DNA of 61,736 bases, filler included, from Choristocarpus tenellus KU-1152 (lineage: Eukaryota > Protista > Phaeophyceae): the NCBI GenBank assembly GCA_964200185.2. It is 9 parts of 9 records of this genome, joined end to end, with 100 filler letters (N's around TTAATTAATTAA, not from the genome) between each part and the next. Parts side by side here need not be neighbours in the genome. Positions count along the whole stretch, not along the records: positions 1 to 5,263 come from CAXNAD020011323.1; positions 5,364 to 10,209 come from CAXNAD020012819.1; positions 10,310 to 16,182 come from CAXNAD020009541.1; 6 more parts are not named here. The stretch is one strand, 5' to 3'. Below are positions 1 through 13,299 of the stretch, piece after piece. Each line of letters opens with the position of its first letter. Within the stretch, counting starts at the first letter, position 1. The position numbers were made by a program, and so were the translations under genes. The notes under the pieces are model-generated. The model saw nothing but the letters and a program-made list of their open reading frames with translations. It was not told where the DNA came from and searched no databases.

Positions 1-13
1 GGGGTGCAGGGGG

Positions 14-51
<38 letters not shown>

Positions 52-306
52 GAGGGGGGAACAGGACGGAGTGAAGGATAAGGATCAACCTTCCTGTAGA
101 AAGAACACTCGGGGGGGTTCATAGGCCTGTAGTCTGGAGCACAGACTGAGAGGCCAATATTCAGAACAAGCACAATTTTCACACCAAACAACACAATAGA
201 AATTTGTTGCTGACCGGAAGTTATATCTTAATGCCCATCACTCTCACTACTTCATCCCTCCATCCACACTAAAACGTTGTTCAAGAAGTGTTTTTCCCAT
301 TCTCAC

Positions 307-3300
307 CAATAAAGTTATATCCTGGGTAGTCTGCAGTGGGTATGTAGAGCTTCCGGAAGGGCTTGGTCTTCACAAAGTCCGCCGGAGGACGGAACATTGG
401 GTTTAGCTTCATCATTTCCTCAATCACCTTGCCTGAATTACACACAAACAGCATGTAACCAGATCAGGCCCCCGTATATTGAGAGGTCGGAAATGGTAAA
501 GGCATGAAGGGGGGATACTCTTGATAAATTGAGGAGCAAAGCCCAAAAGGGCCAACTATATAATGAGCCGTTTCAAGTACAGTAGGGAGAGAGTACCTCA
601 CATCAATCCAAGCACCTCCCTCCCATGGGACCCCCCCAACTCCACCTAATCAACCAAGACACTCTCCAACAAACACAGCAGCAGGGTAGAGGGGAGCACC
701 CTATTCCACTACACAAAAAAACATGCATTCTTGAGCCGCTGACAATCTTTGTCCCTCACTCTTTCAAGAGCGCCCCCGCCCCCCGCCCCCAAACCTTCCA
801 TCTAGAAAAAAAAGTATCACAAGCACAAAGGCACGTATATTGCACATACAGCATACCAAGACTCAAGTTGAACTAAAAAGAGTGGGAATATCAACACTGC
901 CATTCTTCTCCTCCATCATAACCAAGATATAATACACCCTCATTGATTTCCTCCCACCAAAAAAACAACTCCATCTTACCTCTCTCACGATTAAGTGCCT
1001 CCTTCATTCGAACATCCCTAGTGTTCACACGGACACCATTACCATCGTAACGCGGGGGGGGGGAAGGGGAGCGGTCTGGGTCCTGGCTGCGGGCAATGGC
1101 GTCCTGCTCAACTGTAGCCATCTTCTCATTAACCTGCCATTCACAATTTTGACAAGAAAATCAAACCAGGTCATGACCAAGGAGGGGGGGGGGTTCTGAC
1201 ACTGACAATAATGTACTCATTTCGTACCCTGGTCCCTACATTGGGAGGATTGAAGATAGAGAGAGAGAGATGTGTCTGAATGAGAAATACAAAAGATTTG
1301 CAATGACCACTCAGGGACAAGGCTGAGAAAAGTATGATGAAAGCCCACGAATTAATCTGGGCAGTATCACAGCCTGATTATGTCCAGATATTGAGATACT
1401 ATTAAAGATTGAGACAACTGCTCAGGGATAAGCCCGAGACTGGTCTGATGATAGCTCATGAACTAATCTGGGCAGTACCCCACACCCTGACTTTGTCAAA
1501 ATATTGAGATACTATTGTATACCCCCCAGGGCAGTAGCTCTAGCCAGACTATTGACTCATTGGTATCCTTGTACCTCCGCATCTTCACAGAGGGATGTGT
1601 CAAGGGTAAGAGGTTCACAAAGGCTTCAGGGTGAAGACATCCTGCAGGGTCAATGTTAATCCTAGATACTGTTCTACACTTATCCCACACCTCAGTCTTC
1701 CTGCAAGGTTATGTACACCATTACTATCGAAAGATACCTGCTTGAGACGCATTTGCAGCACTAGCGTCTCCTGAATCTCCTCTTGAGAGAGATTTGTTGG
1801 CATACCAGGGATCACAATAGGACCCCCAAGGGGCGCTGGGGCTGGTGCAGGCGGAACAGAGGCATCTGCTGACCACCTGAAACAAAAGATTTCACAAAAA
1901 CAAAAAATAGATATCAAAAAAGCATCAATACCAAAAAAGCTTCTACTAATTGGAAAGCATCTGGAAATTTCTGCCAACTGCACCTATTTCAGTCACCAGA
2001 GCAGGGTATCAATGGTTGTGACACCTACAACTTTGTCTCAGCTCCTAATACTTGATTTGGTTGCTGGCGTTACTAATACCACAAGTACCATTACAATAGC
2101 ATTGGCAATCATCATTTAGGTGCTAAGGCATGAAACAAACTTCATTGGGCATGCTGTTTCTCAGAATCCATACAGATAACATACTTTTTGGCATCTTGAA
2201 TACCTCTACCATATTGCTCAACTAATAGTAGTGATACACCCCCCTCCTCCCATAGCCATGTGCAAGCACACCAGTTCACCAACAGCATCACTTGTTTTTC
2301 CAACCAGGAAAAAAGTGTCATCATATTTCAAACCTGAAGTCTTGGCATCCAATTCCAAATACCACCACTACTCACAATGGCCCAACACTATTCTCACAAA
2401 GAAGAGACATATTATAACCCTCCCACATTCCCCTCCTCCTATTCCTCAAAACCCAAACATCTACCAAACAAAAAACACTTTATAACAGCAAGGTTGCAGC
2501 CACTAAGAAGATATTTAATAGCTCACCTGGACTTCCTCTTCTTAGTAGCAGAGCTCATATCTTCTCCCCCGGCCGCTGCAGCTTCTACACTCTCGTCCTC
2601 CCCCCAGCGACTCTTCTTGGCCTCTCCCCACCTATCAACACCAGAAAAAAAGGTGGTAAATATGGAAGACACTGTAGAGGCCTACCCACCACCACCACAG
2701 TATCTTACACAGCAACAAACATCAATACACAAACATACAAATATAACACGCCTATCCAACAAAAATATTAAAAGAAATTATTCAATAAATAATACTATTG
2801 CTCCATACCCTTGGTCACTGTCTGTTGGAGCACCAGCCACATACAGCCCAAAATAAATAATACACGAACAAATTGTGTGAATACTCCTCTCTCAGTTATG
2901 CACTGGTGTCTGTCTAGTACTAAAGTTGCATTGACTTACCAGTGCCCCACCACTACCGCAACATACTTTAACAGCTACTGAAGGTCCTATCAATCACAAT
3001 GCTAGAGTAGAGGGGCTACAACATGAAGAGTCACAGCCCCCAAGCACAGATTTGCTGCATGCATACACCACCTCTTACAACCCTGCACACTACATAACTG
3101 ACCCTTGAAAGGTTCCACCACTAACAATGCCACTGTCCCAGTGCTGCACAATAAAAATTTAAAAAAATGTCCCCACACAGCAACATGGTAACTAGTAGGC
3201 GACAGTCCCTTTCTGAAAAGCATGTTAACAATACATTTTACTCCTTTGGCACTCTTGAACGATACGATCACGTATCAACTGTGGAGTGTGGTTAACAAAT

Positions 3301-5078
3301 CCCTCCCCCCCATCCCCCCTTCAGTGTCTTCAAAAACTTTAACAGAAACAATTGAGTAGACCAGTGATTTCAATGAAAGACTCCCCTTTTACATCATGGA
3401 ATGGAATCTTATGATGTTTGCAGAGTTGGATCAAGGAATCAAGTCCCATCCACACTCAACCCAGCTGCAATACCCAGCACAGCCCAGTTTTGTTATCTAA
3501 CATAGTGACCATTCATGACAGGGCAAGCAGCGAAAAATATATATTTTGCAGACACTATGGACTACTTCATGCTAAATATGAAGCCCTTAGCACTGAAGCA
3601 CGTAAAGCCAACTTCTTGTATTGTCATACTTCTTCCTGCCTGCCTTGTTAAGTTTTGTCCTCTTTACACAAAAATAGTAAAAAAATGAAGAGAAAGAACT
3701 GCATTGCACATAAAAATAATGTAGATTATACACCAGGTACCGTACACCATTCACATGTAAATATTCATCCACAACTTCACATCAAGACCACAACATGCCT
3801 GCCAAAAGCACAAGATAGATCAGGAGCAAAAAGAGTCAGGGCAGCATAGATAGGGCAAAGGCTATCAACACCATGTACAATAGGAATCAACTGTAACACA
3901 CCCATAGTAAACATCCAGTCATGGGAGGAAGGGGGGGCTAGACAACAACTAAAACAGCACACCTCTACCTATGCATCACACATACCATTCGACAAGGCTG
4001 TAGCAGCTGCTACAACTTCAATAATTTCAATAGGAAGAATCGAACCAGACCTTCACTATCATAGTTGGTTGCATCCAATCATCCATTCTCAGCTCATGAA
4101 AACTTACCAGGTGCGGAAGCTATTGGCTCCTCACAAAAACCGATTCTCAAAACAATTGTACACCACAACTGCCAAACAGTCTCATAATCCATTAGCCAAA
4201 GGATCAACCACAATGCAATTTCAAAAGTCTCCAGATAGCATGAAATCCACTCGTACTGCCTCCTTCAAGTATCGCCTCCTTCCATTCTACATCAAATCAA
4301 ATCCACCGTTGCCCTTACAGCAAAAAGTTCATTCAACCCAACACCGGTAGAGGGCATGAATGTACAGGACAGAATATCAAAAAAATCCGGTCCAACAACT
4401 TTTACCAGTAACGGCAGATTGGTCTTAGACCCTTCCTTCTATAGCTTACAGTTTTACATAGCGCAATTTCATCATGGAGGAACAAGCAGAATGACTGAAA
4501 GCAGCTATTTAAACACTCTTTATAATGACAATCGGACTTTCACACAAAATATATCAAGTCAAGACATGCTAAGGCTACAGGCACACCCAATGAGCAGTAC
4601 CAGAGTACCGTGAAATACCAACGCCTCTTTACCCCCCTCCCTCAATATTCAGACTGCCTAGTGCCACAGTATTTCATAAATCAGGCACCATTCCCAACCG
4701 ATCCTTCACTCCATGACCAAGCCACAACCCCCCCCTCTCCCCCTATTCATACCTGTTCTTCCTCTTCTTTTTTTTCTCTCCCTCTCCAGCACCTGACCCG
4801 TTCGCGTCCCCATTCCCATTCCCATCTGTCTCTCCCACAGATGCATCCACCTTAGGGACCGCAGTGGTATCACCGTCAGCCACATTTGCACCACCAGCAT
4901 CAGGCGTAGGTGATTCACCTCCCCCATCCACAGCCATGCCATTCATAGTACCTTGCCCTTCGCCAGGGCCTTGGTCATCTACAGCATCATTTGAGTCGCC
5001 ATTGGCATTCTCCTTCCGCTCAGCAGCAACAATGTACATACTTTTGACCTCTTTGAGATGAGGCCATTTGCTCAAATC
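307..5078 (-). CDS. SF1: Splicing factor 1 / branchpoint-bridging protein, partial (N-terminal ULMs, helix-hairpin, start of KH domain)
   Basis: Phase-consistent GT-AG exons 5078(uncertain start)-4753, 2631-2527, 1876-1738, 1133-980, 432-307. They give ...KKKKRKNR|WGEAKKSRW...TKKRKSR|WSADAS...LQMRLKQ|VNEKM...DPDRSPSPPPRYDGNGVRVNTRDVRMKEALNRER|GKVIEEMMKLNPMFRPPADFVKTKPFRKLYIPTADYPGYNFIG. RSPSP, G.R.NTR and YPGYNFIG are SF1/BBP hallmarks. The 3' part lies outside the window. Confidence 0.95.
1310..1516. repeat. Diverged tandem duplication (~112-bp period, 2 copies) inside an SF1 intron
   Basis: 1310-1403 and 1421-1516 share ctcaggga, tgatga, taatctgggcagta, cctga and atattgagatactatt in the same order. 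Confidence 0.85.
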
Positions 5079-5263
5079 CTATCATATTCATGAAAGCAAA
5101 AGAGGAAGGGGGGATGAAAGGTAGAGTGACAAAGTAGGTGGGGGAAATCCGACAGGAACGTAAGGCACTAATAGCAGAAAGGGTGAGTAGTTTATCAGCA
5201 AGGGATTGATTGCGGAACTTTAGCTGTAGAATGAAATGTACCCGGAGGACTCTGGGGAGGGGG

Positions 5264-5363
5264 NNNNNNNNNNNNNNNNNNNNNNNNNNNNNNNNNNNNN
5301 NNNNNNNTTAATTAATTAANNNNNNNNNNNNNNNNNNNNNNNNNNNNNNNNNNNNNNNNNNNN
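5264..5363. other. Artificial contig linker N44-TTAATTAATTAA-N44 (also 10210-10309, 16183-16282, 23991-24090, 27997-28096, 30707-30806, 37783-37882, 56777-56876)
   Basis: The same 100-bp structure occurs eight times. The 12-mer has stops in all six frames, and genes are truncated at the joins. Confidence 0.98.
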
Positions 5364-5434
5364 ACATCAAAATCACAACATTGTATTTTGACTCCCAAAT
5401 CGACGCGGCTCTGCCCTCTAAGATTCTTTGGCTC
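5364..5434 (+). mobile_element. MITE family A, right-end fragment at contig edge
   Basis: Ends ...ccctctaagattctttggctc, matching the right TIR of full copies. Confidence 0.85.
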
Positions 5435-5666
5435 ATCAGACAAGCTCAAGAAAGTGAAAATATTACCTATGCTAATGACATACAGATGAAAATCTTGACC
5501 TTGGTCTGCAGAACGTTGTCTGCATGTTGCTCATTGCCTCTCAAGCCCTGTACTGTGTGCTGACCTCTAGACCAAATCCATTATGAGTTTGCTTGTTCCA
5601 TGCAATCTTGATTCCTTAGCCCACTGTAAAATACATTGATTTTTTATTTTCCCCACCTGAACTCAG

Positions 5667-8600
5667 AGTATGGGCCACTGGTCCTGATGGACAAGACCCT
5701 CCAAAGTGTCTATAGCACTGAAACCAAGAGTGACCGGTACATTCTGGGTGAAACAAATTCAAACAATCAACAAACGATACCCATACATCCTGGGTAGGAG
5801 AGCTTTAAATTACTCTGGCATTGTGTCCTTGGTGGCATTCCAGTTTACTTAGTGTTGAGAGAGTAAGTTAGCCGAACAACCACCCTAACAGGCTTTCCAA
5901 AAACTTCCTTTGACAGATATTAGTAGTGATCCTCCTTTCCGGCCACTGTCCCGTCCCAATAACTTTGCACACACAAGACATTGCCAACCATTCATAAGTT
6001 AGCCCCCCTTACAAGTCCCAGAAATGTATCCACTGTGGTATACTACCCTGAAACCTAACCTCAGCTCAAGAGAAATGGAATTATTGATAAATATGGTTGA
6101 AATTCAAGATCGAGTGTGGAATCAAACCCTAGATCCTGTATGACAAAATGATGCACCTACACGCCTCTGGTTCATCCTCCATTGATAGTATTCATGTGAG
6201 AATTCCAGTTGTCCATGACTACGACGTGCACCCGAACAGTTCTCAACCTTTCTAGCTCTAGAACTCATGTATGTATTGGTGGAGTAATTCTAGGTCCATA
6301 GGGTAAAGTGTTCATGTGGTTGCCAAAACATCATACTTAACTTCTTGAGCAGCATTTTGCAACCTCCGATATGCTCAGGTGCCAGACTCCAACACATGTG
6401 CTAGTTTTCCTCGTGCTTGAAAGCATATATTGTGCAGGAGTCAAAGTATCATAGAGGGTAGAGCCCCGTCCGTTTGGGAACCAAAATCTGATGTTGCATT
6501 TTTGATGTAATTTTGGCTACCGTTTTTGTTGGGAAGTGTCAATATCCTTATTCCAGACATATACATGATACCTACTCCAAAACATGTACATTTCACCTAC
6601 TCCAAAACACTTTGGAGTAGGAAAATGAAATTTTAAAAGTGTGAAGTCAAGCCCTGAACGGACAAACAGGGCAAAACTCGCACCATCTAAGATACTTTCA
6701 CTCGCAGTGCATATCCTTGTGCTTTGAGTGTATAATGGAGCACTTTTGAGAATTGGGTCAAGGTTATATCACATACATCTATTTCTTGCTACACTCATAT
6801 TCCAGTCCTCATCTTGTAGCAGATGCATTCATCCCAGTAGAACTGCAATATGCCCCAAACAAAAACCCCTCTAGCTATGTGGTGAAGTAATGCCACTGGG
6901 AGGACTTGAAATCTTCACTATGCACAGTCAGAAAAAAGGCACATCATCCTAACCATGTCCCTGTCCTCTATCATTTGTGAGGAGTATGAGCCCTGGCAAA
7001 TCTCAATTGAGGCCCCGCAAGCACTTTCAACTACTCCCCAGTCCACTCCATCATTTCTAGTGGCTGCAACTCTGTAACCTCTCTACCTCCATACTCTGCA
7101 AAACTATGATCTCATACAAATTACCAAAGGTTTAGACTTGAGTCTGTGGGTGGAATGGGTCCAGGGGCCGACCCAAACGGGCGCATCCTCGCTGTGCTTG
7201 CTGAGGTGGGCATGACAGGAGCAACCATTCTACTGCCTGATGGGAGGACTGTGGGTGGGAGTGAGATGCCTCAAGGAGGTTTTGTCACCAAACGTAACCA
7301 CCGCCTCAAGGGTCTCCCTGGTGACGCAAATGTACTAGTAGAAGAGCTTGAGGCTGACCTTCACAGAGCCAAGGCTAAACTCCAGGTAGTGGTGGGAAGC
7401 CGGTGGATAGGGTGAAGCATTGACTAGAGGCAGTTTTAAGTTTTGGATTCAGAGAAGAACATGAGAGCTTTAGGAGTTAAATCGTTCAACTTGCCTTAGA
7501 GACTGTGGGGGACTTGTCTGTGAGAGTGCAAAGAACAAGGCGGAAAAATTATTAGTACATTTGTAGACAATGAGAGAGTCCAGAAGATCATAAATTAGTT
7601 GTGTGAGTTTGTCTGTATAAGGGACAAAAGAGAAGAGGAAATAACCACTACCTGTGAACTGTAGTAGAATATTACCAAGTATCGTCATGGTCTATGGAGG
7701 TAGTAGGACTGTACACATGGATCACCTTGGTACAAGCTAATCCATTGTTTAACCCTTCCAGCAAAAGTTTGCACTGCCCACCCTCCCTCACTCATTACCC
7801 CCTCTATCTGTCTTGCTCGCATCACCCTGCTAGCACTGTGCTGCCCACCACTGAACCACACCTAGTCCACCTTCACCTTCAGTAAAATTCTACAAAACAA
7901 ATCTGCCCCTCAAAACCTGTTCATGCCCTCTCGCCAGTCCTTGCCATCACTGCCGTGCCATGATCCCAGCTGATTCATCAGTACCATTTTGTTTAGGCAT
8001 GTAGGAAAGAGACCGAGGAGCTGCAGGTCGGGGCCAAGAAGCAGCAGGTCCTTGCGACTGTAGCAGAGCGAGAAGCCAGGCAGAGGGAAGCAGACCTCAC
8101 GGAAAAGCTCGCAATGGCAGAGTTGCAACTGGAGGAGATATATCACTCTATGAGTAAGAAACAAGAGGAGAAGGTCAGCGCTGTATTAGCCAATAGCCGA
8201 AAGGTGAGACAGAGGACAAATTTGTTAACTAGTTCCCTCACATGGGCAGTACAGGATTGCACAGATGTTCTCGAGGAATGATGACCTCCACACACTAGTA
8301 TTTCAACTGTTGAAATTTTCGCAAGTACTGACATAGGATGGTAGAAAAGCCAATGAAGGCAGGAAGCGGCAAGAATAAAGACTTCACGTGAGATGACCAT
8401 ACCAACCCCTACATTTGAATGCATCAACATCTTGTGCCAACACCGTATAAACATTTGCTTTGACACTATTAAGTCTGGTCCCTAGTAAATAGGCAGTATA
8501 TAACTTGGATAATAACCCCCAGAGCAGTCATCAACGAAACCCTACAGACACTGTAAGGCATGCGAAATTCAAGACTAAGAACTCCAACCAATTCACCCTA

Positions 8601-10073
8601 AACTACAACCTAGATCTCATCTCCGTGCGCCTCTTCTGCACACCTACTTCACAATCCCACAATCCAACTCTGTGAAAGCAGCTGCTGAGAAATCAGCAAC
8701 GCATGCTTCTTAAGCTCCCTGAAAAGCTGCGAGACAATGCTGTTGCACAACATGGAGCTCACCTAGTGGAGCAAAGGCAAGTTCTGAGGTTGCCCATACT
8801 CTCCGCATGAAGTAAGATCTCTTGTACCTCGCTCCATGTCCTTACTGAACTTAAGCTGCTGTAAGGCTGCCAAAAGCCCTACATGGAATTATTCCCCCCT
8901 GGACTTTCTAGGTATTATGTGTCTGCTTGGAGTGGGAGTACAACCCCTATCGCACTTGAAGGTAATACACTATCTGTGGAACATAACCCAATAGCAGCTC
9001 CCAGTGACTACCACTGGATATTCCAGTACAAATCAGTTAAGCATGCGAAGGTCAAGTTGTAAGAAGGTTGCATAGAGCACAGGACCCACACCAATACATT
9101 TGGTTAGGAACATCCTGATGAACGAAGCTATACCCAGTACTTGAATAAAAGAATAGCAGGACTCTTTTCGTGAACCTGCACTGAGTGGTGAACCATGTTA
9201 CTTAGTACAACGAAACATTGTGCTACTGCAGGGTGAGGGGAGAGGAGAGTGCAAAGCTAGCACAGAGTATCAAGGCATTGGAGTTTGGGAAGGAGGTCAG
9301 TTTCTTTTAGTGTAGTTTTGGTCAGTTCAGTTGAAATTCCTTTTGTTGTGGTTAGTCATACTGTGCTTATCATTTCTGGGTGGATCAATATTTTGCAATT
9401 GGCGAGGAAATCCCTTTGATCTAGACCTCTGCAAAAGAAACTATTTGGAAAACAGTTGGAAAATACAATGTTTTTCCTGGGACATAAAGTGCAAACTAAA
9501 GTCTTCCACTCACAGCAGATCTGGTGCGGTGAGAGACATCACCTGTATGTCTTATTCAAATGCTCATCTCGTTGATTTTCTTCATCAACAAACCGCCTAG
9601 CTCAATGCCAAACAAGTAAATGCACTCTTAAGGCGGGTGTCAACCATTGACTGCTTACCTGCACCATTGTTTGTGACGTTAGTCTTCTCTGCAATGCAAG
9701 CATGTCAGCATTGCTCCTGTTCATGACATACTTTCTGCAGAGCTTGATGTGGTACAAGTATGGGTCAACAATAGCTTCACTACTGTCTGATTTAGTTGTA
9801 ACATTTAGTAAGGTTGTAGACTTGAACTTGCGAGTCACATAATTCTTAGAGCCCAATGGGAGGGGTCCCATAGTGAATCCCTTTCCTAGCAATTTGATCC
9901 TGTGATTGCAAGGTCCAGTCTGTATCATCGCTTGCCATCTCGTTTGTTTGCTTACCCAGGCTGAACAGGAAAGCCTCCGTCAGCAATATGAGCACCAGCT
10001 GAAGAAAGAAAGGGCAAACACTGTAGCTGCTGAAGCCAAGCTGGAAGTTCTTAAGAGACGAAAGGATAGGCAG
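5667..10073 (+). CDS. Multi-exon coiled-coil protein of unknown function, partial
   Basis: Exons 5667-5736 (YGPLVLMDKTLQSVYSTETKSDR), 7130-7385 (FRLESVGGMGPG...ELEADLHRAKAKLQ), 7997-8153 (ACRKETEELQ...EKLAMAELQLEDISLY), ~8680-8788 (LLRNQQRMLLKLPEKLRD...), 9232-9295 (VRGEESAKLAQSIKALEFGKE), 9960-10073 (AEQESLRQQYEHQLKKER...). E/K/Q/L-rich heptad pattern. One junction (8153 to ~8680) is not resolved. Confidence 0.75.
6438..6703 (-). mobile_element. MITE family A, full copy with 4-bp TSD GCAG (Sola-like)
   Basis: TIRs gagtcaaagtatcatagagggta ... caccatctaagatactttcactc. Flanked by gcag at 6434-6437 and 6704-6707. Confidence 0.93.
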
Positions 10074-10325
10074 GTGGCGTGAAGGTGTAATCTGCACTGT
10101 CACTCCCTCTGCCACTTCATCCACATCATTTTTTCTACACCTCCTCAACCTACTACCGCTTGATTGGTTCAGGGAACACAATTGGAGACCCAAAGTGTCT
10201 GGGAGGGGGNNNNNNNNNNNNNNNNNNNNNNNNNNNNNNNNNNNNNNNNNNNNTTAATTAATTAANNNNNNNNNNNNNNNNNNNNNNNNNNNNNNNNNNN
10301 NNNNNNNNNGGGAACGAGAAGAGAT

Positions 10326-10985
10326 ATGTCCTGTGCCCTGTCTTACACCTCCTCCAAGTCCCACACTGCTGTACATTGCCCCCCACCGTCAAAGCCATGG
10401 TATGAAGCGCTCTCGGGAGGTGTACAGAACCAGCGTGCTTTGGGACCCTCAACTATTCCCACGGCGACGGCGATGGGGTGCCGGCAGTGCACAGAGCGAG
10501 CAAGTGTTTTCCATGTGTCAGTGTCTGCAGATAGTCGTGAAATACTTACATCTTGCAGGGACTCCACCGTCACTCTCTGGGACGCGCAGACACAAAAGCC
10601 TGTGTATGGTTTTGGGCACCCCCGACTGTCGCTGCGCGCTAGACCAGTCCACTCCCCAGCCCTTGGAGCAACAGTCCTTGGACGTGCTTTGGGGAGAACT
10701 CTGGGCTGTGGCAGGGGTGGTGGGTACGTGTTTGCTGGACTCACCGATGGTTATGTGCGTTCTTGGCGGGTTGGTTCTCGTTTCGCTGACCGGGCCTATG
10801 GTTCCACCCATCGACACGCCTTTGAGGTCACCTGTCTAGCAGTGGGACAAGGGGGAACCATGTTTGCCTCAGCGGACTCGAGTGGCAAGGTTTGTGTGCA
10901 GTCAGCTGCTGCTAGGGAGGACTCAGTGCTAGATTCCTGTTTTGAAGGAGGGGGCAGGAGGGCACTGCAGATTGGACGCCTATGA
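10326..10985 (+). CDS. WD40-repeat (beta-propeller) protein exon
   Basis: ORF contains VSVSADSREILTSCRDSTVTLWD, YVFAGLTDGYVRSWR and H...VTCLAVGQGGTMFASADSSGKV, i.e. three WD40-like blades. Probable start at MGCRQ (~10473) and a possible donor near 10889. Confidence 0.8.
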   Translation: MSCALSYTSSKSHTAVHCPPPSKPWYEALSGGVQNQRALGPSTIPTATAMGCRQCTERASVFHVSVSADSREILTSCRDSTVTLWDAQTQKPVYGFGHPRLSLRARPVHSPALGATVLGRALGRTLGCGRGGGYVFAGLTDGYVRSWRVGSRFADRAYGSTHRHAFEVTCLAVGQGGTMFASADSSGKVCVQSAAAREDSVLDSCFEGGGRRALQIGRL

Positions 10986-13299
10986 GTGCATTTGAATTGA
11001 AAGTGGGAGGGAAGGGAAGGTGTTGATGACTGTATAAAATAGCTGTACCTCAGATGGTGCCACTTGCTATGGAGAGAACTTAATACCCTGTTATTCTGTG
11101 CTTTTATTTGGAAGGGTGATGGCTTTCAAAGGGAATTGGGTGTGACCTGACACCTGCTGCTACCCCCCTTCTATCTTTTGTGGGGGTCAACGTTTTACCT
11201 CTGATCAGTGTGTCCCCACTTTGTTTGAGACCAGTTGGCCTCACGCACATGGGCCATAAAGTCTAACACTGTGCTTTTGATGAGTGATCCCATTGCACTC
11301 TCTAACCGTTTCTTTTAAAGATTGGCTAGACCTCTGGTATGCTTTCTGTTCCGCGTGACATGCGTTGCCAGAAGAAAAATCGGGCTTTGAATGCAACGGA
11401 CCATACTTGATACCTTCAATACTTACGCTTTCAGAGTAGCAGCATTACTGCTTGCTTCAGAGAGAAGTTGTGCCTCATCCTACAACTGTAAGAACTTGGA
11501 TGCACTGCTTGTATTAGTAATAACTACTCCACTGCCCCTGTAGTAGCAAACAGAAATCAAACCTTCCTGTGTGATGGCATGATGCAACTGTTCTGGGCAG
11601 TCCCGTGGTCTAGCCTCTCCCCCTTCCATCACCGAAACTGTGAACAGTTTTTTTTCTTGCATACGCTGGTGTACTGAACATTCCCTTGGTGGAACTTGTA
11701 CTATACACGCAACAGTATGAATAGTCAAGGCTATGCTCTCGTTGTCAACTCCAAGGGATGTAAAAATGAGATGAAACCAAGAATCGATTCCCTGCATAAA
11801 ATCGTTCTACCACAAGTAAGTTCATAAAAGTGTGGATGCAAAGAGGACTTGGGTTGTGGAATGCATATATCTGAAGCACAGTTGTACCGCAGACAGCACC
11901 ACTGTCTACAACTGCAGCAGCGCCCTATCCAGAAACTAGCTATCATGTTTGTTTCAATAAGATAGCTTGGCCCTGGAGGTTACTCTGCATGGTACAGAGT
12001 GTTCTAATTCTCACCAAGTCCATAACCGATGTGCAGAGATCTTTTAAAGTCTTATGATTGGGATACTGCAAAAAATTCAGCTGCAAAAGACTGCGAATTG
12101 TTAAATGCTGTAAACACAGGTGGTATTGTTTCAGGAAGAAATACATCAGATGCACTACGTAATTGCCAATGCATCTTTGATGAGGTAAAGAGGTCCATGG
12201 CAATGGATGAACAGTAAATCAGATTCTATGGTTGGCCGCCATAGCAGCATTTGCAAAGCAGAGATGAGTTCTAGAGAACATGTTACAAAATTATGGACTA
12301 CGATTAGCAATTTTGCTACATATACTGAGTACATGTTTGCAAACATGTAGACTTGACAACAGTAGTAAAATCAACACGGGCAGTGAAATATCCGGAAATA
12401 TACATGGGGAGTACTTGCGAAGAAAATAACATATCGATTTCACAATTTTTTCACGAACCTTGGGTCACTTCACCATGCATGTGATGAGGGTTCCGCAATC
12501 AAGGCAAAACGTATGTTGATGGTAGTACCTATGGCAGGAAGAAATACAAGAGAAAAAAGACTATATACAGAGCGTTACAACAAAAGTCACAACTTATGGT
12601 TGCTTACACAATGCAACACGAACTACACTGTATTTTGTAGGGAATATCAACGTGTACAAAACTATTGTAGGCTCCTGGTTGTGAGGCAACCATAAGGTTC
12701 TACTACTGTCTGTCAACGTGATTGATCTGTTGATAGTACCCAGATCGCACAAGGATTTCATACTGTGGGGTAGCATTCCTCTTACTACCACAAAAAAATA
12801 TATCACATATCCTGAACCTGATGTGCAACCCTGCCATCCACCCTATCTGGTATTGTAATCAACACCAAGATCTCACTGACACATACCACATCACCTACAT
12901 ACAGATTGCCGCATTTATCCAGATCCTTCTGGCCATGAGATGCCATGATAAAGTGTTGAATGCACCACTCGTAGTCAATCCAACATAAGCACAAGAAAGG
13001 CATCCCACAACTCCAGACTAGGTGTCCTGTACAAGCATACGGTGTGGAGGCTCCGCTGCGGAGACTCCAGGGCAAAACCACTTTCTTCATCTCCATATTG
13101 CAGTCTTAACAACTTTCCCTCAAAATAAAAGCACCAAGTGATCATCTTTCCCGTAGTTGGTTCTGTTGGCATTGGCACCTTTGCGTTAGACATCATGATG
13201 TAGCAGTGGTTCCTTTCTGAGATGACTGCCATTCGGTAGGACATGAACGAACAACAAAATATGCCAATCACCAGATCTGTCCCACACAATTACCCGCCC

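Noticed and set aside
1-60. Long G-run as a G-quadruplex element
   Set aside because: Low-complexity intronic homopolymer near a contig edge. Similar G/C runs are common here and their lengths are unreliable.
5308-5319. Recurrent palindromic TTAATTAATTAA as a biological repeat or CRISPR-like array
   Set aside because: Always centred in exactly 44+44 Ns, so it is an assembly linker. Gene neighbourhoods across linkers cannot be trusted.
8777-10071. Two apparent GC-AG donors (AG|gcaagt at 8777, AG|gcaggt at 10070)
   Set aside because: Canonical GT donors lie a few bases downstream (8789, same phase; 10074), so non-canonical splicing is not required.
10326-10985. Naming the WD40 exon as NEDD1
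   Set aside because: The resemblance is generic WD40 and there is not enough sequence for orthology.
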